This document shows positions 1 to 9,896 of a DNA stretch of 64,000 nt, piece by piece. The position numbers and the translations under genes were made by a program. The stretch covers positions 257,029 through 321,028 of the forward strand of contig CAVXQJ010000016.1 in assembly GCA_963763745.1 (NCBI GenBank), given 5' to 3'. The stretch is from an uncultured delta proteobacterium (GTDB lineage Bacteria; Myxococcota_A; Polyangia; Polyangiales; Polyangiaceae). Numbering within the stretch: position 1 is the stretch's first letter; the number at the start of each line of letters is the position of its first letter. The notes below the pieces were generated by a model. That model did no database searches. It worked only from the letters and a program-made list of their open reading frames with translations, and was not told where the DNA came from.

Positions 1-1355
1 AGTACCAAGCGCGCGCGACGGCCGGGAGCATTCCGTTCAGCGCGATTGGCAAGGTGTACATCGGCTCGTTCCTCACGCCCGTTGCGATCACCGGTCCGCA
101 AGGAACGCTCGACGTCACGAACCCACAAGTCGAGCCCGTCTCGTTCGTCCTCTACTTGCCCGCGTTTCCGGCGCCCTCGGCGGGTTACGCGCTGACGATC
201 TTCGATCACGGCCTCACGCGTACGCGCAACGACTCGATCGCGATCGCGAACGCGCTCGCGCAAGGCGGGCAGGCGACGATCGCGATGGACATTCTGTTCC
301 ACGGCGACCGCTCGTCGTGCACGGGATCGACGGCGGCGACGATGCAGGCGTCCGACGACGCGGCGTGTGCGGATCCGATCAATCAGAAGTGCGACGAGAA
401 TGCTCTCATCGGTCGGTGCATCGCGCGCGACTCGTCCACGCGCGCTGCGTGCACCGGCGCGACGGGGGACCTCGTGTGCGCGGCGCAGGGTCAAGGTCGT
501 TGTGTGACGGCGGACCAAAAGTGCGAAGGCGGAGACTTCCTCCGCGACGCGAAGGGCGTCCCGGTGATCTCGGGGTGGAACATCTTCAACCTCACGAACT
601 TCTTCGCGACGCGCGACAACTTCCGCCAGCACGTCATCGATTCGTCCGAGCTCGTGCGACTCGTTCACGGTCAAGGCGCGGGCAGCCTCTCGACGCTGGC
701 GGCGACGTCGTTCGACCCGACCGCGCTCGGTTACCTCGGAGAGAACCTCGGCGGTGCGCTCGGCTCGCTCGCGCATGCGGTCTCGCCGTACACGACTCAC
801 GTCGTGTTCAACGCGAGCGGCGGCGCGCTCGTCCAGCTTCTCCTTCAATCGCCCGCGTTCGCCGCGAAGAAAACGGAGCTCCTCGCGACCCTCGCGCTGC
901 TCGGTCTCCAACCGGGAACGCCCGCGTTCGATCAGTTCCTCGGCATCGCGCAGTGGATTTTGGATCCCGCCGATCCCGCGAACGTCGGCTATCGCCTCAC
1001 GCACTCCGTGTCCGTCACGCAGAACAACGTGACGTATGCAGCGCCAAACGCCGGGCGCGCGGCCTTCGTTCAGTTCATCGAAGGCGACCAGCTCGTGCCG
1101 AACACGTCGAGCTTCGCGCTCGTCGCCTCGGCGAATCGTTCGTTCGTTCCGACGCCGCCCTCGTTCGGGTGTGTCGCGCCGCTCGCTTGTTACGAGTTCA
1201 CCGAGACGGGTGACGCGTTCGACGCGACGAGTGCCGTGCCCGCCACGCGCTCCATGTTCCTCATTCAACCGCCGCAAGGCAGCCGCGGCCTTGCGCTCAC
1301 GGGCAAGGCGCAGCTTCAAGTCGCGACGTTCCTCGCGACCGGACAAGTGCCATGA
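1..1355 (+). CDS. Secreted cysteine-containing hypothetical protein, 5'-truncated at the window edge (reading frame open to nt 1)
   Basis: Long ORF with high GC3; frame stays open upstream of the first in-frame GTG at 54; many Cys residues; stop overlaps next start (ATGA at 1352-1355). No family recognised. Confidence 0.5.
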   Translation, partial: YQARATAGSIPFSAIGKVYIGSFLTPVAITGPQGTLDVTNPQVEPVSFVLYLPAFPAPSAGYALTIFDHGLTRTRNDSIAIANALAQGGQATIAMDILFHGDRSSCTGSTAATMQASDDAACADPINQKCDENALIGRCIARDSSTRAACTGATGDLVCAAQGQGRCVTADQKCEGGDFLRDAKGVPVISGWNIFNLTNFFATRDNFRQHVIDSSELVRLVHGQGAGSLSTLAATSFDPTALGYLGENLGGALGSLAHAVSPYTTHVVFNASGGALVQLLLQSPAFAAKKTELLATLALLGLQPGTPAFDQFLGIAQWILDPADPANVGYRLTHSVSVTQNNVTYAAPNAGRAAFVQFIEGDQLVPNTSSFALVASANRSFVPTPPSFGCVAPLACYEFTETGDAFDATSAVPATRSMFLIQPPQGSRGLALTGKAQLQVATFLATGQVP

Positions 1356-2596
1356 AAACGCTCGCCGCGCTCACCACCACGTTCGCCGTCATCACCGCCG
1401 CGAGCGCCGCGCACGCCGCTGGGATCTCCGTCGATGTCCAATCGGCGCGCGCAACCGGCATGGCAACCGCCGTCACGGGAATGATCGATGACTCGTCGGG
1501 CATCTTCTACAACCCAGCGGGCATCGCGCGCGGTCGCATCATCGACGCGCAAATCAGCGACTCGCTCATCATGCCGATGGTGACGTTCAAAGATCTGAGC
1601 GGGACGTCGACGACGACGCCGTTCAGCGTCATCCCTCCATTCCAGACGTACATCGCGGGCGGCATCACCGATCACTTGTCGGCCGGCATCGGTATGTTCG
1701 AGCCATACGGGCTCACAGTGGGGTGGCCGGGGGGTTGGGAGGGACGCTCGCTCATCACGTATGCGGCGCTCGCGTCGTATTACATCAACCCGACGCTCGC
1801 GTATTCGATTGGTCCGCTGCGCATCGGCGCGGGCGTGCAGGTCGTCTACTCGACCGTCGACTTGAAACGCGACATCGCGCTTCCAGGCGGATCGTTCGGC
1901 GCGACGGAGCTCGGCGCGTCGACGTGGGGCATCGGTGGCAACGTCGGAATACAGCTCGACATCGTCCCCGACATGCTCACGTTCGGCGCGCACTATCGAA
2001 GCGCCGTCGAGCTCGACTTCGATGGCAACGCGCACTTCGACGGGATTCCGCCGACGCTGAGCGGAACGCTCCACGATCAACCCGGCTCGACGCGCATCGT
2101 GCTGCCCGACACGTTCGCGTTCGGCCTTGCGATTCGCCCGACGAAGAAGCTCGTGATCGATCTCGACGCCGTCTACTACGGATGGAACCACTTCCGATCG
2201 ATCGACATCAATTTCCCGAACGACGCATCGGGCACACTGTCATCGACGCAACCAAAGAATTGGTCGAGCACGGTCAACGTTCACCTCGGCGCCGAATATG
2301 CCATCAACGACACGTGGCGCGTTCGCGGCGGCGCGTTCTACGACCCGACGCCTTCGCCGCGCGAAACGCTCACACCGGACACACCCGATGGATCGCGCGT
2401 GAACTTCGCGCTCGGCGCGACGTACAAACACAAGAGCGGCGTCCACGTCGACCTCGGCTACGAGCTCGTCGTGATCATCCCGCAAGAGAGCACCGCGCCG
2501 CAGCTGCCCGGCACGTACAGCGGATTCGCCAACATCGTCGGGCTCGCGGTGGGCTACACGTCGAAAGCGCCGCCACCACCACCGGCGAAGCAGTGA
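1352..2596 (+). CDS. FadL/OmpP1/TodX-family outer-membrane long-chain fatty acid / hydrophobic compound transporter
   Basis: Signal peptide MKTLAALTTTFAVITAASAAHA, then the FadL N-terminal motif GISVDVQSARATGMA...DSSGIFYNPAGIA; beta-barrel-like sequence. Confidence 0.8.
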   Translation: MKTLAALTTTFAVITAASAAHAAGISVDVQSARATGMATAVTGMIDDSSGIFYNPAGIARGRIIDAQISDSLIMPMVTFKDLSGTSTTTPFSVIPPFQTYIAGGITDHLSAGIGMFEPYGLTVGWPGGWEGRSLITYAALASYYINPTLAYSIGPLRIGAGVQVVYSTVDLKRDIALPGGSFGATELGASTWGIGGNVGIQLDIVPDMLTFGAHYRSAVELDFDGNAHFDGIPPTLSGTLHDQPGSTRIVLPDTFAFGLAIRPTKKLVIDLDAVYYGWNHFRSIDINFPNDASGTLSSTQPKNWSSTVNVHLGAEYAINDTWRVRGGAFYDPTPSPRETLTPDTPDGSRVNFALGATYKHKSGVHVDLGYELVVIIPQESTAPQLPGTYSGFANIVGLAVGYTSKAPPPPPAKQ

Positions 2597-2742
2597 TGAT
2601 CTCTTCGCGCAAGACGGCGTTCATTCTCCTCTTGCTCGTCGCGGCATGCGGACCACCCGTCACGCCCACGCGGCCCAACGCGCCGCCGCTCCACCCGACG
2701 CCCGTCGCTCCCGCAGCCTCGGCTTCGGCCTATTTGCAATAG
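2596..2742 (+). CDS. Tiny (48 aa) Pro-rich lipoprotein, start coupled to the FadL-like stop (TGATG)
   Basis: MISSRKTAFILLLLVAAC: signal peptide plus lipobox, followed by a 27-residue Pro/Ala-rich tail. High GC3. Confidence 0.4.
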   Translation: MISSRKTAFILLLLVAACGPPVTPTRPNAPPLHPTPVAPAASASAYLQ

Positions 2743-3314
2743 TACCAAGCTTGCGGCAGACGCGTCGTGTCCGTAACGGGCGAGCACGTCTGGTTGCCAG
2801 GGCATGACTTGTCGTTCGGGCCGGAGCACAAGATGAATGCGCTCTGGAACTGCCCGGAGACGCAGGACGTCGATGCAGTACACGTGGAGAAGTAGCCTTG
2901 CGGCCCCGAGTCCCCGACGCTCAAGTTGGATTGCGACGCACAACACACTTGGTTCGTACCGCATTGGCTCGTTTGCGAGCATCGAAGCCAAGACGTGCCG
3001 TACGAGCAAGGGTCGCCGCCATCGTTGAAATCGCACGTGCCCGTATTCTTGAAGCAGCAACCCTCGGAGCCGAGCGTGCACGTGACGAGGCCGCAGTGGA
3101 AGCTCGCCGCATCCTGCGCAGCGTCGGTCCCGGCGTCGTTTTGCGCCACATCGGTCGCGGCGTCGTTCGGATTCGGGGAGTCGGTGGTCGTATCCGTGAC
3201 GACATCCCCGGTCGTCGCATCGACCGATGCGTCCGGAAGCGTCGAATCGCCGACGCATCCGGCGAGGAGGAACACGCTCACGACAATCGAGCCTTGTCCG
3301 ATGATCTCGTGCAT
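2730..3314 (-). CDS. Cys-rich secreted lipoprotein (hypothetical)
   Basis: MHEIIGQGSIVVSVFLLAGC lipobox; Asp/Thr-rich linker; C-terminal region with about 16 Cys. Confidence 0.6.
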   Translation of the reverse strand: MHEIIGQGSIVVSVFLLAGCVGDSTLPDASVDATTGDVVTDTTTDSPNPNDAATDVAQNDAGTDAAQDAASFHCGLVTCTLGSEGCCFKNTGTCDFNDGGDPCSYGTSWLRCSQTSQCGTNQVCCASQSNLSVGDSGPQGYFSTCTASTSCVSGQFQSAFILCSGPNDKSCPGNQTCSPVTDTTRLPQAWYYCK

Positions 3315-3357
3315 GCATGGATCTTATGCGCGGTATGCGAGACGCGCCAGCATCGAG

Positions 3358-3957
3358 TCACTGGCGCGAGAGCGCGTCGAGAAGGACGTCGAGGCCGAAC
3401 TCGAACAAGTCGTCGAAGTACTGTGGCGCGAGCCACTTCGACACCGCGCTGAGGCGCTCGAATTTCGCGCGCTCTTTTTGATCCTTCTTCTCGCCGTGCG
3501 ACGCGAGCTCGTTCAACGCGATACCGCTGCAATACGAGCTCACCGCGCGGAAGAATCGCGCCGTCGTTCGATCGTCGATGCCCTGCGCGTGCGCGAGCTC
3601 GAAGAGCCGTTCGAGAAACGCAAACGTGCCTTCCGTCGCGAACCTGCGCGTCGCCACGAGCGGAAACGCGTTCGGGTGTTTGCGCGCCAAACCGCGGTAC
3701 GCGCGCGCGACGTCGCGCAGCGCCTCCACCCAGTCTCGTTGGGTTTGTTCGACCGTGATGCGCGACATGAGCTCGTCGACGACCGCATCGAGCAGCGCGT
3801 CCTTGCTCGGGTAATACCAGTAGATCGCCATCGCTTCGCATCCGAGCGCCGTGCCCAGCTTGCGCGTGCTGAAGCCATCGAGCCCGTCCGCGTCGATGAG
3901 CTTCAACGCTTCGCGACGGATTCTTTCGTGCGTGAGGCTCGCGGGCTTCTTCCTCAT
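3358..3957 (-). CDS. TetR/AcrR-family transcriptional regulator
   Basis: N-terminal [62 protein letters not shown] at 3957 overlaps the upstream stop (ATGA). Confidence 0.85.
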   Translation of the reverse strand: MRKKPASLTHERIRREALKLIDADGLDGFSTRKLGTALGCEAMAIYWYYPSKDALLDAVVDELMSRITVEQTQRDWVEALRDVARAYRGLARKHPNAFPLVATRRFATEGTFAFLERLFELAHAQGIDDRTTARFFRAVSSYCSGIALNELASHGEKKDQKERAKFERLSAVSKWLAPQYFDDLFEFGLDVLLDALSRQ

Positions 3958-4505
3958 TGCCGCGGTTCGGCGAGCACGAACGTGTGTGCGTGCTCGGCGC
4001 GGATGGCTCCCGTCGCAGGATCTTTGAGCCACGCCATGCACAGCCGCGGCGGCACCTTGATGATCCCGGGCTTCTCGTAGGTGCGGAACACGAGATCCCA
4101 TATCGGCGTAGTGACGCCGTGGTTCACGCGCGCAGACACGAAGTGATGATGAAAATGATGCCTGCGCGCCCAACGTGCATAAGGCCCGATTCCCGCGTGC
4201 GTATGCTCGAGCCTATGGAGCAATTCGTAAACGCCATAAAAACCGATGAGCCCGAGGACATACGCGATGCCGGGCGCGGTGCCGGCGATCGCGATCGCGG
4301 GCACGCACAAGATCGCGATGGCGAGCGCCGCGATGATCGACTTCTTCCACGTCGGCGCGAAGTAGTTCCCCTCGATGTGATGCCGCACGTGCTCGACGCC
4401 GAATGGGCTCTTGCGAAAGCGCTTGTCGTGGCCCATCCAGCGATGAATCAAATATTCGAGCAGCGTCCACGTGAAGACGCCGAGCAAAGCTGCAATCACG
4501 ATCAC
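3954..4505 (-). CDS. Fatty acid hydroxylase / sterol desaturase-family integral membrane protein
   Basis: His boxes HRWMGH, HRLEH and HHFHHH; about 184 aa, 3-4 TM helices. GTG start at 4505 preceded by GGAGG and overlapping the aminoacylase stop (GTGA). Confidence 0.7.
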   Translation of the reverse strand: MIVIAALLGVFTWTLLEYLIHRWMGHDKRFRKSPFGVEHVRHHIEGNYFAPTWKKSIIAALAIAILCVPAIAIAGTAPGIAYVLGLIGFYGVYELLHRLEHTHAGIGPYARWARRHHFHHHFVSARVNHGVTTPIWDLVFRTYEKPGIIKVPPRLCMAWLKDPATGAIRAEHAHTFVLAEPRQ

Positions 4506-6257
4506 GATGCACCTCCCATGCGAACGAGCCGGCCGGGTCGCGCGGGCGTGAGCGCGCCGTGCTCGGCGATGACGTCGCCACGGACGAGCGTCGCGATGTA
4601 ACCCTCCGCGCGCTGCACGAGCCGGCGGCCGCCCGCGGGGAGATCCCGCTGAATCGTCGGGCCGGAGGAGCGACAGGCGCTCGAGGTCGACGACGTTGAG
4701 ATCCGCGCGCATGCCGGGCTCGATCGTGCCGCGGTCTTCGAGGCCGATGAAGCGCGCCGTGTCGCGCGCTTGCATCGAGACGACGCGCTCGAGCGGGATT
4801 CCGTTTTCGCGATCGCGCGCCCAGTGCGTGAGGAGAAACGTCGGCATGCTCGCGTCGCACACCGTGCCGACATGCGCGCCCGCGTCGCCGAGCCCGGCGA
4901 GCGCGCGCGGATGCACGAGCATCTCACGGACGGCGTCGAGGCTGAGGCCCGTGTAGTTGTAGATGGGGAAGTAGATGAGCGCTTTCCCGTCGTCCTCGAG
5001 GAGCGCGTCGTACATGCGCTCGAGGATCGGAACGCCCGCGCGCATCGCCTCCGCCGCGAGACACGTGTCCATCTTCGGCTCGTAGAGCGGGCGCTCGCCC
5101 ATCGGGTAGAGGCGCATCGAGAGCATGTCGAGGTTCGCGAGAAAGAAATCCGCGAGCGGCGGAATGGGCGTGCCATCGCCCGCGACCTTGTCGCTCTTTT
5201 CGGAGAGGATGCGCGCGCGAAGCTCGGGGTTTTGCATCTTCGCGACGCGCTCCGCGAGCGGGAGCGACGCGATCGCTTTGTAAGAAGGAAAACCCATGAA
5301 CGGATGAAACGTCGCCTCGAGCCCGAGCAGCACGCCGATGCCGCGCGCTCCGACTTGGCAACGCACGTCGAGGCCGCGTTCGACTGCGCGCTCGGCGCGC
5401 GCGAAGATCCTCCGCCACTGATCGGGCGCGTGATCGCGCTGCATCGTCGAGATGGAGAGCGGGCGACCGCTCGCGCGCGCCATCTGCTCGAGCAGATCGA
5501 ACTCCGGATCGAATCGCTCCGGTCCCATCATCAAATCGAAATCGCTCACGGCTTGAACCACGCCGTGGTCGAGCCCGCGAAACGCGTAGGCGATTCCAGC
5601 GAGCTCGCGGTCGCCCGCTTCGGAAGCCGGCGTCGCCGCGCCGCGCGCGGTGCGGTGATTGTCGCTGCGGCCCGTCGAGAATCCCGCCGCGCCCGCTTGG
5701 AGCGCCTCGCGCAAGACGTCGCGCATCGTCCGGATCTCGTCGTCGGTCGCGATCTCTCCAGCGACGGCGCGCTCGCCCATCACGTACATGCGAAGCGGGT
5801 CGTGAGGAACTTGGAGAAGAAAATCGATCGCGTGCGGCATCGCGGCGACCGCGGTCATGTAGTCGGCGAACGACTCCCATCCCCACGGGATGCCTTCCGC
5901 GAGCGCCGATCCGGGGATGTCCTCGACGCCTTCCATCAGCTCGACGAGCTTGTCCTCGCGACCCGGAACGACCGGCGCGAATCCGACGCCGCAGCTTCCC
6001 ATCACGCACGTCGTGACGCCGTGGAGCGAGCTCGGCGTGAGCTCTTCGTCCCACGACACTTGCCCGTCGTAGTGCGTGTGGATGTCGACGAAGCCCGGGA
6101 GCACGTGCGCGCCGCGCGCGTCGATCGTTCGACGCGCGGGCTCGGAGCACTTGCCGACTTCCACGATTTTCCCATCGCGGATCCCGACGTCGCCAGAGAA
6201 AGAAGGCGCGCCCGACCCGTCGACGATGCGCCCACCGACGATTCTCACATCCAACAT
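4502..6257 (-). CDS. N-acyl-D-amino-acid deacylase (D-aminoacylase, amidohydrolase superfamily) with an apparent 1-nt frameshift near 4650
   Basis: N-terminus [16 protein letters not shown]...[12 protein letters not shown] in one frame to ...[16 protein letters not shown]-terminus [32 protein letters not shown]... continues in the adjacent frame. Junction lies in ...CGGCCCGACGATTCAGCGG.... Confidence 0.75.
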
Positions 6258-6260
6258 GCT

Positions 6261-6283
6261 CTTCTTTTACACTGTAAAAGAAG
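6261..6283. promoter_or_regulatory. AT-rich perfect palindrome CTTCTTTTACA-C-TGTAAAAGAAG, a candidate operator 4 nt upstream of the aminoacylase start codon
   Basis: Perfect 11-bp inverted-repeat arms, read directly. AT-rich in a ~70% GC background. Lies in the 56-bp divergent region between the 6257 (-) and 6314 (+) gene starts. Confidence 0.4.
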
Positions 6284-6313
6284 CGAGCGCCACGAAAATG
6301 ATATCGTCGCGAC

Positions 6314-6754
6314 ATGACCCTTCTCTCGAAGTTCTCGGAGCCCATCGAGGAGCGATTGCGTGAGTGGCCGCAAGGCGCGCGGGACGCCCTCGGGCGCGTT
6401 CTTCACGAGGTCTACAACGCCGACGGCAACTTCACCGCGCTCGAGCGAAAGGACTTCGACGGCTTTCTCTCGCGCGTCGGCTCGAACGCCGGCGCCGTTC
6501 AAGCGCTCGATCTCGGCGCGTCGCTCGCGCTCCTCGAGAAGGATCCGAAGCAGCGCAGCGTTGCTTACGCGTGGATCGCGCACGCGCTCTTCGCGGACGG
6601 CGCGCTCAACAAAGAAGAGAAGAGCTTCATCGAGCGCATCATCGAGAAGTACGGTCTCGACGGCGCGAGCCTCCACGCCGCGATCAAGAAGACGCAATCG
6701 GACAAGATCGAAGAAGGGATGAAGGCGATCCTCGCAGAGCTCGGCGCGCTGTGA
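6314..6754 (+). CDS. TerB-like / DjlA-N-terminal-like small protein (hypothetical)
   Basis: 146-aa ORF with good GC3; helical. The segment ...AYAWIAHALFADGALNKEEKSFIERII... resembles TerB-type domains. Weak call. Confidence 0.45.
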   Translation: MTLLSKFSEPIEERLREWPQGARDALGRVLHEVYNADGNFTALERKDFDGFLSRVGSNAGAVQALDLGASLALLEKDPKQRSVAYAWIAHALFADGALNKEEKSFIERIIEKYGLDGASLHAAIKKTQSDKIEEGMKAILAELGAL

Positions 6755-6770
6755 TGCGTCGTCGCGCGCG

Positions 6771-7433
6771 TCAGCGAGGCGCGCCGGTGGGCGGACCGCG
6801 CTGATTCCAATCTTCGAGGAACGCGATCTCCTCCGGTGTCGACTGTCGCCCGAGGAGAGCGTTCCGATGCGGAAAGCGCCCGAACTGCGCGATCACTGCT
6901 TCGTACTTCGCCGCCTGCTCGAGATTCATCGCGGCCATCTTCGCGTAGAGCGGCGGAGGCTCGTGCGTTTTCGCGTATGCGTTTCCACGGCGCTGCAGCG
7001 CGAGGTCTTCCGCGTGGAGTAGCGGCGTCGAAAGAAAGAGGCGCTCGCAAAACCCGAGCTCGGCGTCCATCCCGCGATCGAGCGCGTCGACCGCGAGGCG
7101 TTGCGCCTTCGGATCGCCCGCGTGCGTCCTCGTGTCGTTGCGAAACATGTTGCGCGTGAATTGATCGAGCACGATGACGAGCGCGAGACGCGAGCGCGGC
7201 GCATCCGCCCACGCATCGAGCTCGCCCGCGAGCGCCGCTTCGACCGTCTCGCCGAACTTCTCGCGAACCTCGGCGTCCATCTCCGGTCCGCCACGAAACC
7301 AGCGTTTGACGGCTGCCATCATCGACGCTTCGTCCGTGATGGGCTTTCCAAACCAGTACGAGAGAACGTCTTCGAACGATGCTCGCCCCATGACCCATGA
7401 ATACAGAACTTCGCGCGCCTCGTGTGACCTCAT
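6771..7433 (-). CDS. DUF924-family protein
   Basis: MRSHEAREVLYSWVMGRASFEDVLSYWFGK...RWFRGGPEMDAEVREKFGETVEAA...LALVIVLDQFTRNMFR... matches DUF924 conservation. ATG at 7433 overlaps the upstream stop. Confidence 0.6.
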   Translation of the reverse strand: MRSHEAREVLYSWVMGRASFEDVLSYWFGKPITDEASMMAAVKRWFRGGPEMDAEVREKFGETVEAALAGELDAWADAPRSRLALVIVLDQFTRNMFRNDTRTHAGDPKAQRLAVDALDRGMDAELGFCERLFLSTPLLHAEDLALQRRGNAYAKTHEPPPLYAKMAAMNLEQAAKYEAVIAQFGRFPHRNALLGRQSTPEEIAFLEDWNQRGPPTGAPR

Positions 7434-8734
7434 TGAAACGGCGGAAGCGCGAGCCGCAGAATCCGAGAGCCGTACGCTTCCTCGGGACCGCGCGCGAACG
7501 TCCACACTTCGCCTTCGTCGACGTAAAAGGGTTGATCGAAGTGGATGCTCGGATCGGGTGATTGGATGGTAGCGGTCCACCCGTCGCGACGAACCGCGTA
7601 GAGATAAGGCTGCTTGTCCGGAACTTGGAGTGCGAAGATGCCGCGAAATGCGACGCCAGTCGCGTAATAGGAATAGAGCGGAATCGTGACGAGCGAATGG
7701 GCTTCGATGTTGATGGCCGCTGGGTCGTTCGAATAGCCCGCAGCCCAAACTTCCGCGAGCGGCGGCGCGGCGTCGGGCACGTCATCGACGTTCTCGATCC
7801 AAAAGAGAGTTTCTCCGTCCGTCGCGGGTGCTGCGACGTGACGACCACCGTGCTCGCGCGCAACCGCCGTGCTCCCATCCGCGCGCAGCAAGATGACCGC
7901 ACCGCCAACCGTGGTGAAGAATGCGTCGTCACCCTCGACGAACGAGGGCATGGCATCGAACCATCCCGCTACATGAACCGAGCTGCCCGTCCCGACGGGC
8001 AAACGAAGCAAACTACCTTGAACCGCGAGCGCGAGCGTCGTGTCCGACGATCGAACGCCCGAGACGTTCGGCGCTTCAGTGCCTGCAAATCGCACCATCG
8101 ATGGCGAATCGAGCATGTCGTCGACGGTGCCATGCGCGGAGTAAAGCGCGTAGGGCAAGGTCGGCCGCTGGTCGATTGCGAAGAGCGTGACGCCGCTCGG
8201 CGTCGGAATGGGCTCTATCGTGCACTGTGCAGCGACGAACAGCGTGCTCTCGTCGACGCGCCACGCGCCGACTGCGACGTTCGTCGAAACGTCGTAAACG
8301 TCATGTTCCCAGGTCACCTCGTTGCCTTGCGCGAGCCAGCGGACGACATCGAAGTAGCGGATTCGACCGTCTGCCCCGCGCGACACGAAGGCGCCGCGAA
8401 AAATCGGATCGATCCCGACGCTCTGCCAAGTCATGTCGAGCATCGAGCAGCCCGCGCCGGCGTCGTCGCACGGTTTCCACGCGAGGGGCGGAATGCTCGC
8501 GAGGTCGTCGGGCACGCTCGTCATGCAACATCCATCGAGCCCCGTCGTGCGATGCCAACCAGGCCAATCGGAGACGGGCCCGCCATCGACGAGGCAACTC
8601 GGGAGCGTGCTCGTCTCCGGCGCGCGAACGTCGTCGGCACGGGCGTCTTCGAAAGACGCTTCGATGGGTGCCTCGTGCGTCCCGCCGCACGCAGCCACCG
8701 CGCCGACGACCGCCGTGAGGAGTGCGCGCCGCAT
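7430..8734 (-). CDS. Lipoprotein, hypothetical (434 aa)
   Basis: MRRALLTAVVGAVAACGG lipobox; intact long ORF with high GC3. Confidence 0.6.
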   Translation of the reverse strand: MRRALLTAVVGAVAACGGTHEAPIEASFEDARADDVRAPETSTLPSCLVDGGPVSDWPGWHRTTGLDGCCMTSVPDDLASIPPLAWKPCDDAGAGCSMLDMTWQSVGIDPIFRGAFVSRGADGRIRYFDVVRWLAQGNEVTWEHDVYDVSTNVAVGAWRVDESTLFVAAQCTIEPIPTPSGVTLFAIDQRPTLPYALYSAHGTVDDMLDSPSMVRFAGTEAPNVSGVRSSDTTLALAVQGSLLRLPVGTGSSVHVAGWFDAMPSFVEGDDAFFTTVGGAVILLRADGSTAVAREHGGRHVAAPATDGETLFWIENVDDVPDAAPPLAEVWAAGYSNDPAAINIEAHSLVTIPLYSYYATGVAFRGIFALQVPDKQPYLYAVRRDGWTATIQSPDPSIHFDQPFYVDEGEVWTFARGPEEAYGSRILRLALPPFQ

Positions 8735-8742
8735 CCCGTAGA

Positions 8743-9870
8743 CTACCTCGAGATCGCCCCCGCGGAGCGCAGCGTGATCTCCACGACCGCCGGCGCGACG
8801 CCCACGCGCACGGGTGGCCCGCTCGTCCCGAGACCGGGGTGAACGAAGAGCGTGCTCTTGCCGTCGCGATAAAGTCCGAGCGTGTGCGTTCGATGAAGTC
8901 GTCCGGCGTTCACGATGCGTTCGAAGAAGGGGAGCGCCACTTGTCCGCCGTGTGTGTGACCGCTCAGCATCAGATCGACGCCGTGCGACGCGGCCGCGGG
9001 AAAATCGGCTGGATCGTGCGCGAGCAAAATCGTCTTCGCGTTTTCGGGTCGATCGCCGAGCGCGCGTGCGATGTCGGAGCGGCGCGTCCAGCGATCGTCG
9101 ACGGCTGCGAGGTAGAGCGATTCGCTTCCGCGCAAACGCACACCCGCGTTGCGAAGCACGGAGACGCCGCTTGCTTCGAGCATGACGACCAGCGTCTCCG
9201 CGTCGCCGCGCGCGTCGCGAAAATAATCGTGATTGCCGAGCGACACGACGACGCCGTCTTTCGCGCGCAGCGACGCGACGACGTCCGCGATGTCTTCGTG
9301 GAACGCGCTTCCATTCGACACCATGTCGCCCGTCACGACGGCGAGATCCGCGTCGAGCGCGTTCGCCGCGGCGGTCCATCGCATGCCCCAATCGCGCGGC
9401 GAGAACGGTCCGATGTGCATGTCCGACAAATGCGCGATGCGATAACCGTCGAAGCGCGGGTCGAGCCCCGCGATCTCGATCTCGACGCGCGTCGTTCCGA
9501 AGTAGCGCCTCCGAACGTACGCACCCCACACGGCGAGCGCGCACGCGACGCCGTACGCGCACGCGATCGCCGTTCCGATCGGCGTGCGCGTCGCGAGGCC
9601 GATCGCGATCGCGACGAGCGCGAGCGGAATCGAGATGAGCCCTGCGGCCCAATGCGTGAAGTACGCGACGTCGACGCCCACGGCGAGCGCGGAGCGCTTC
9701 TCTCCGCGCAAATAGTGATTCGCGCGCGACACGAACGCGAGCACCGACGCGATCGCGATCGCGATGCCAACCCATCCGAACAGCACGTAGAGCGCCACAA
9801 TCGGAACGACATGCCCGAGCAGCGTCAGCCCGAGCATGCGCGTCATGTACCGACTGAGACGAAGCACCAC
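8743..9870 (-). CDS. Membrane-anchored metallophosphoesterase (calcineurin-like phosphoesterase)
   Basis: N-terminal TM helices, then the metallophosphatase motifs IAHLSDMH, GDMV, GNHD, GHTHGGQ. Start may be the internal Met at 9846. Confidence 0.8.
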   Translation of the reverse strand: MVLRLSRYMTRMLGLTLLGHVVPIVALYVLFGWVGIAIAIASVLAFVSRANHYLRGEKRSALAVGVDVAYFTHWAAGLISIPLALVAIAIGLATRTPIGTAIACAYGVACALAVWGAYVRRRYFGTTRVEIEIAGLDPRFDGYRIAHLSDMHIGPFSPRDWGMRWTAAANALDADLAVVTGDMVSNGSAFHEDIADVVASLRAKDGVVVSLGNHDYFRDARGDAETLVVMLEASGVSVLRNAGVRLRGSESLYLAAVDDRWTRRSDIARALGDRPENAKTILLAHDPADFPAAASHGVDLMLSGHTHGGQVALPFFERIVNAGRLHRTHTLGLYRDGKSTLFVHPGLGTSGPPVRVGVAPAVVEITLRSAGAISR

Positions 9871-9896
9871 CGAGATGTGCTATTTGGGCGCTCGAA

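Noticed and set aside
3954-6257. 767-aa ORF that looks like an aminoacylase-hydroxylase fusion protein
   Set aside because: It is an artefact of a frameshift near 4650 that lets the wrong frame read through. The true aminoacylase C-terminus is in the adjacent frame and ends at 4502, and the hydroxylase has its own RBS and GTG at 4505.
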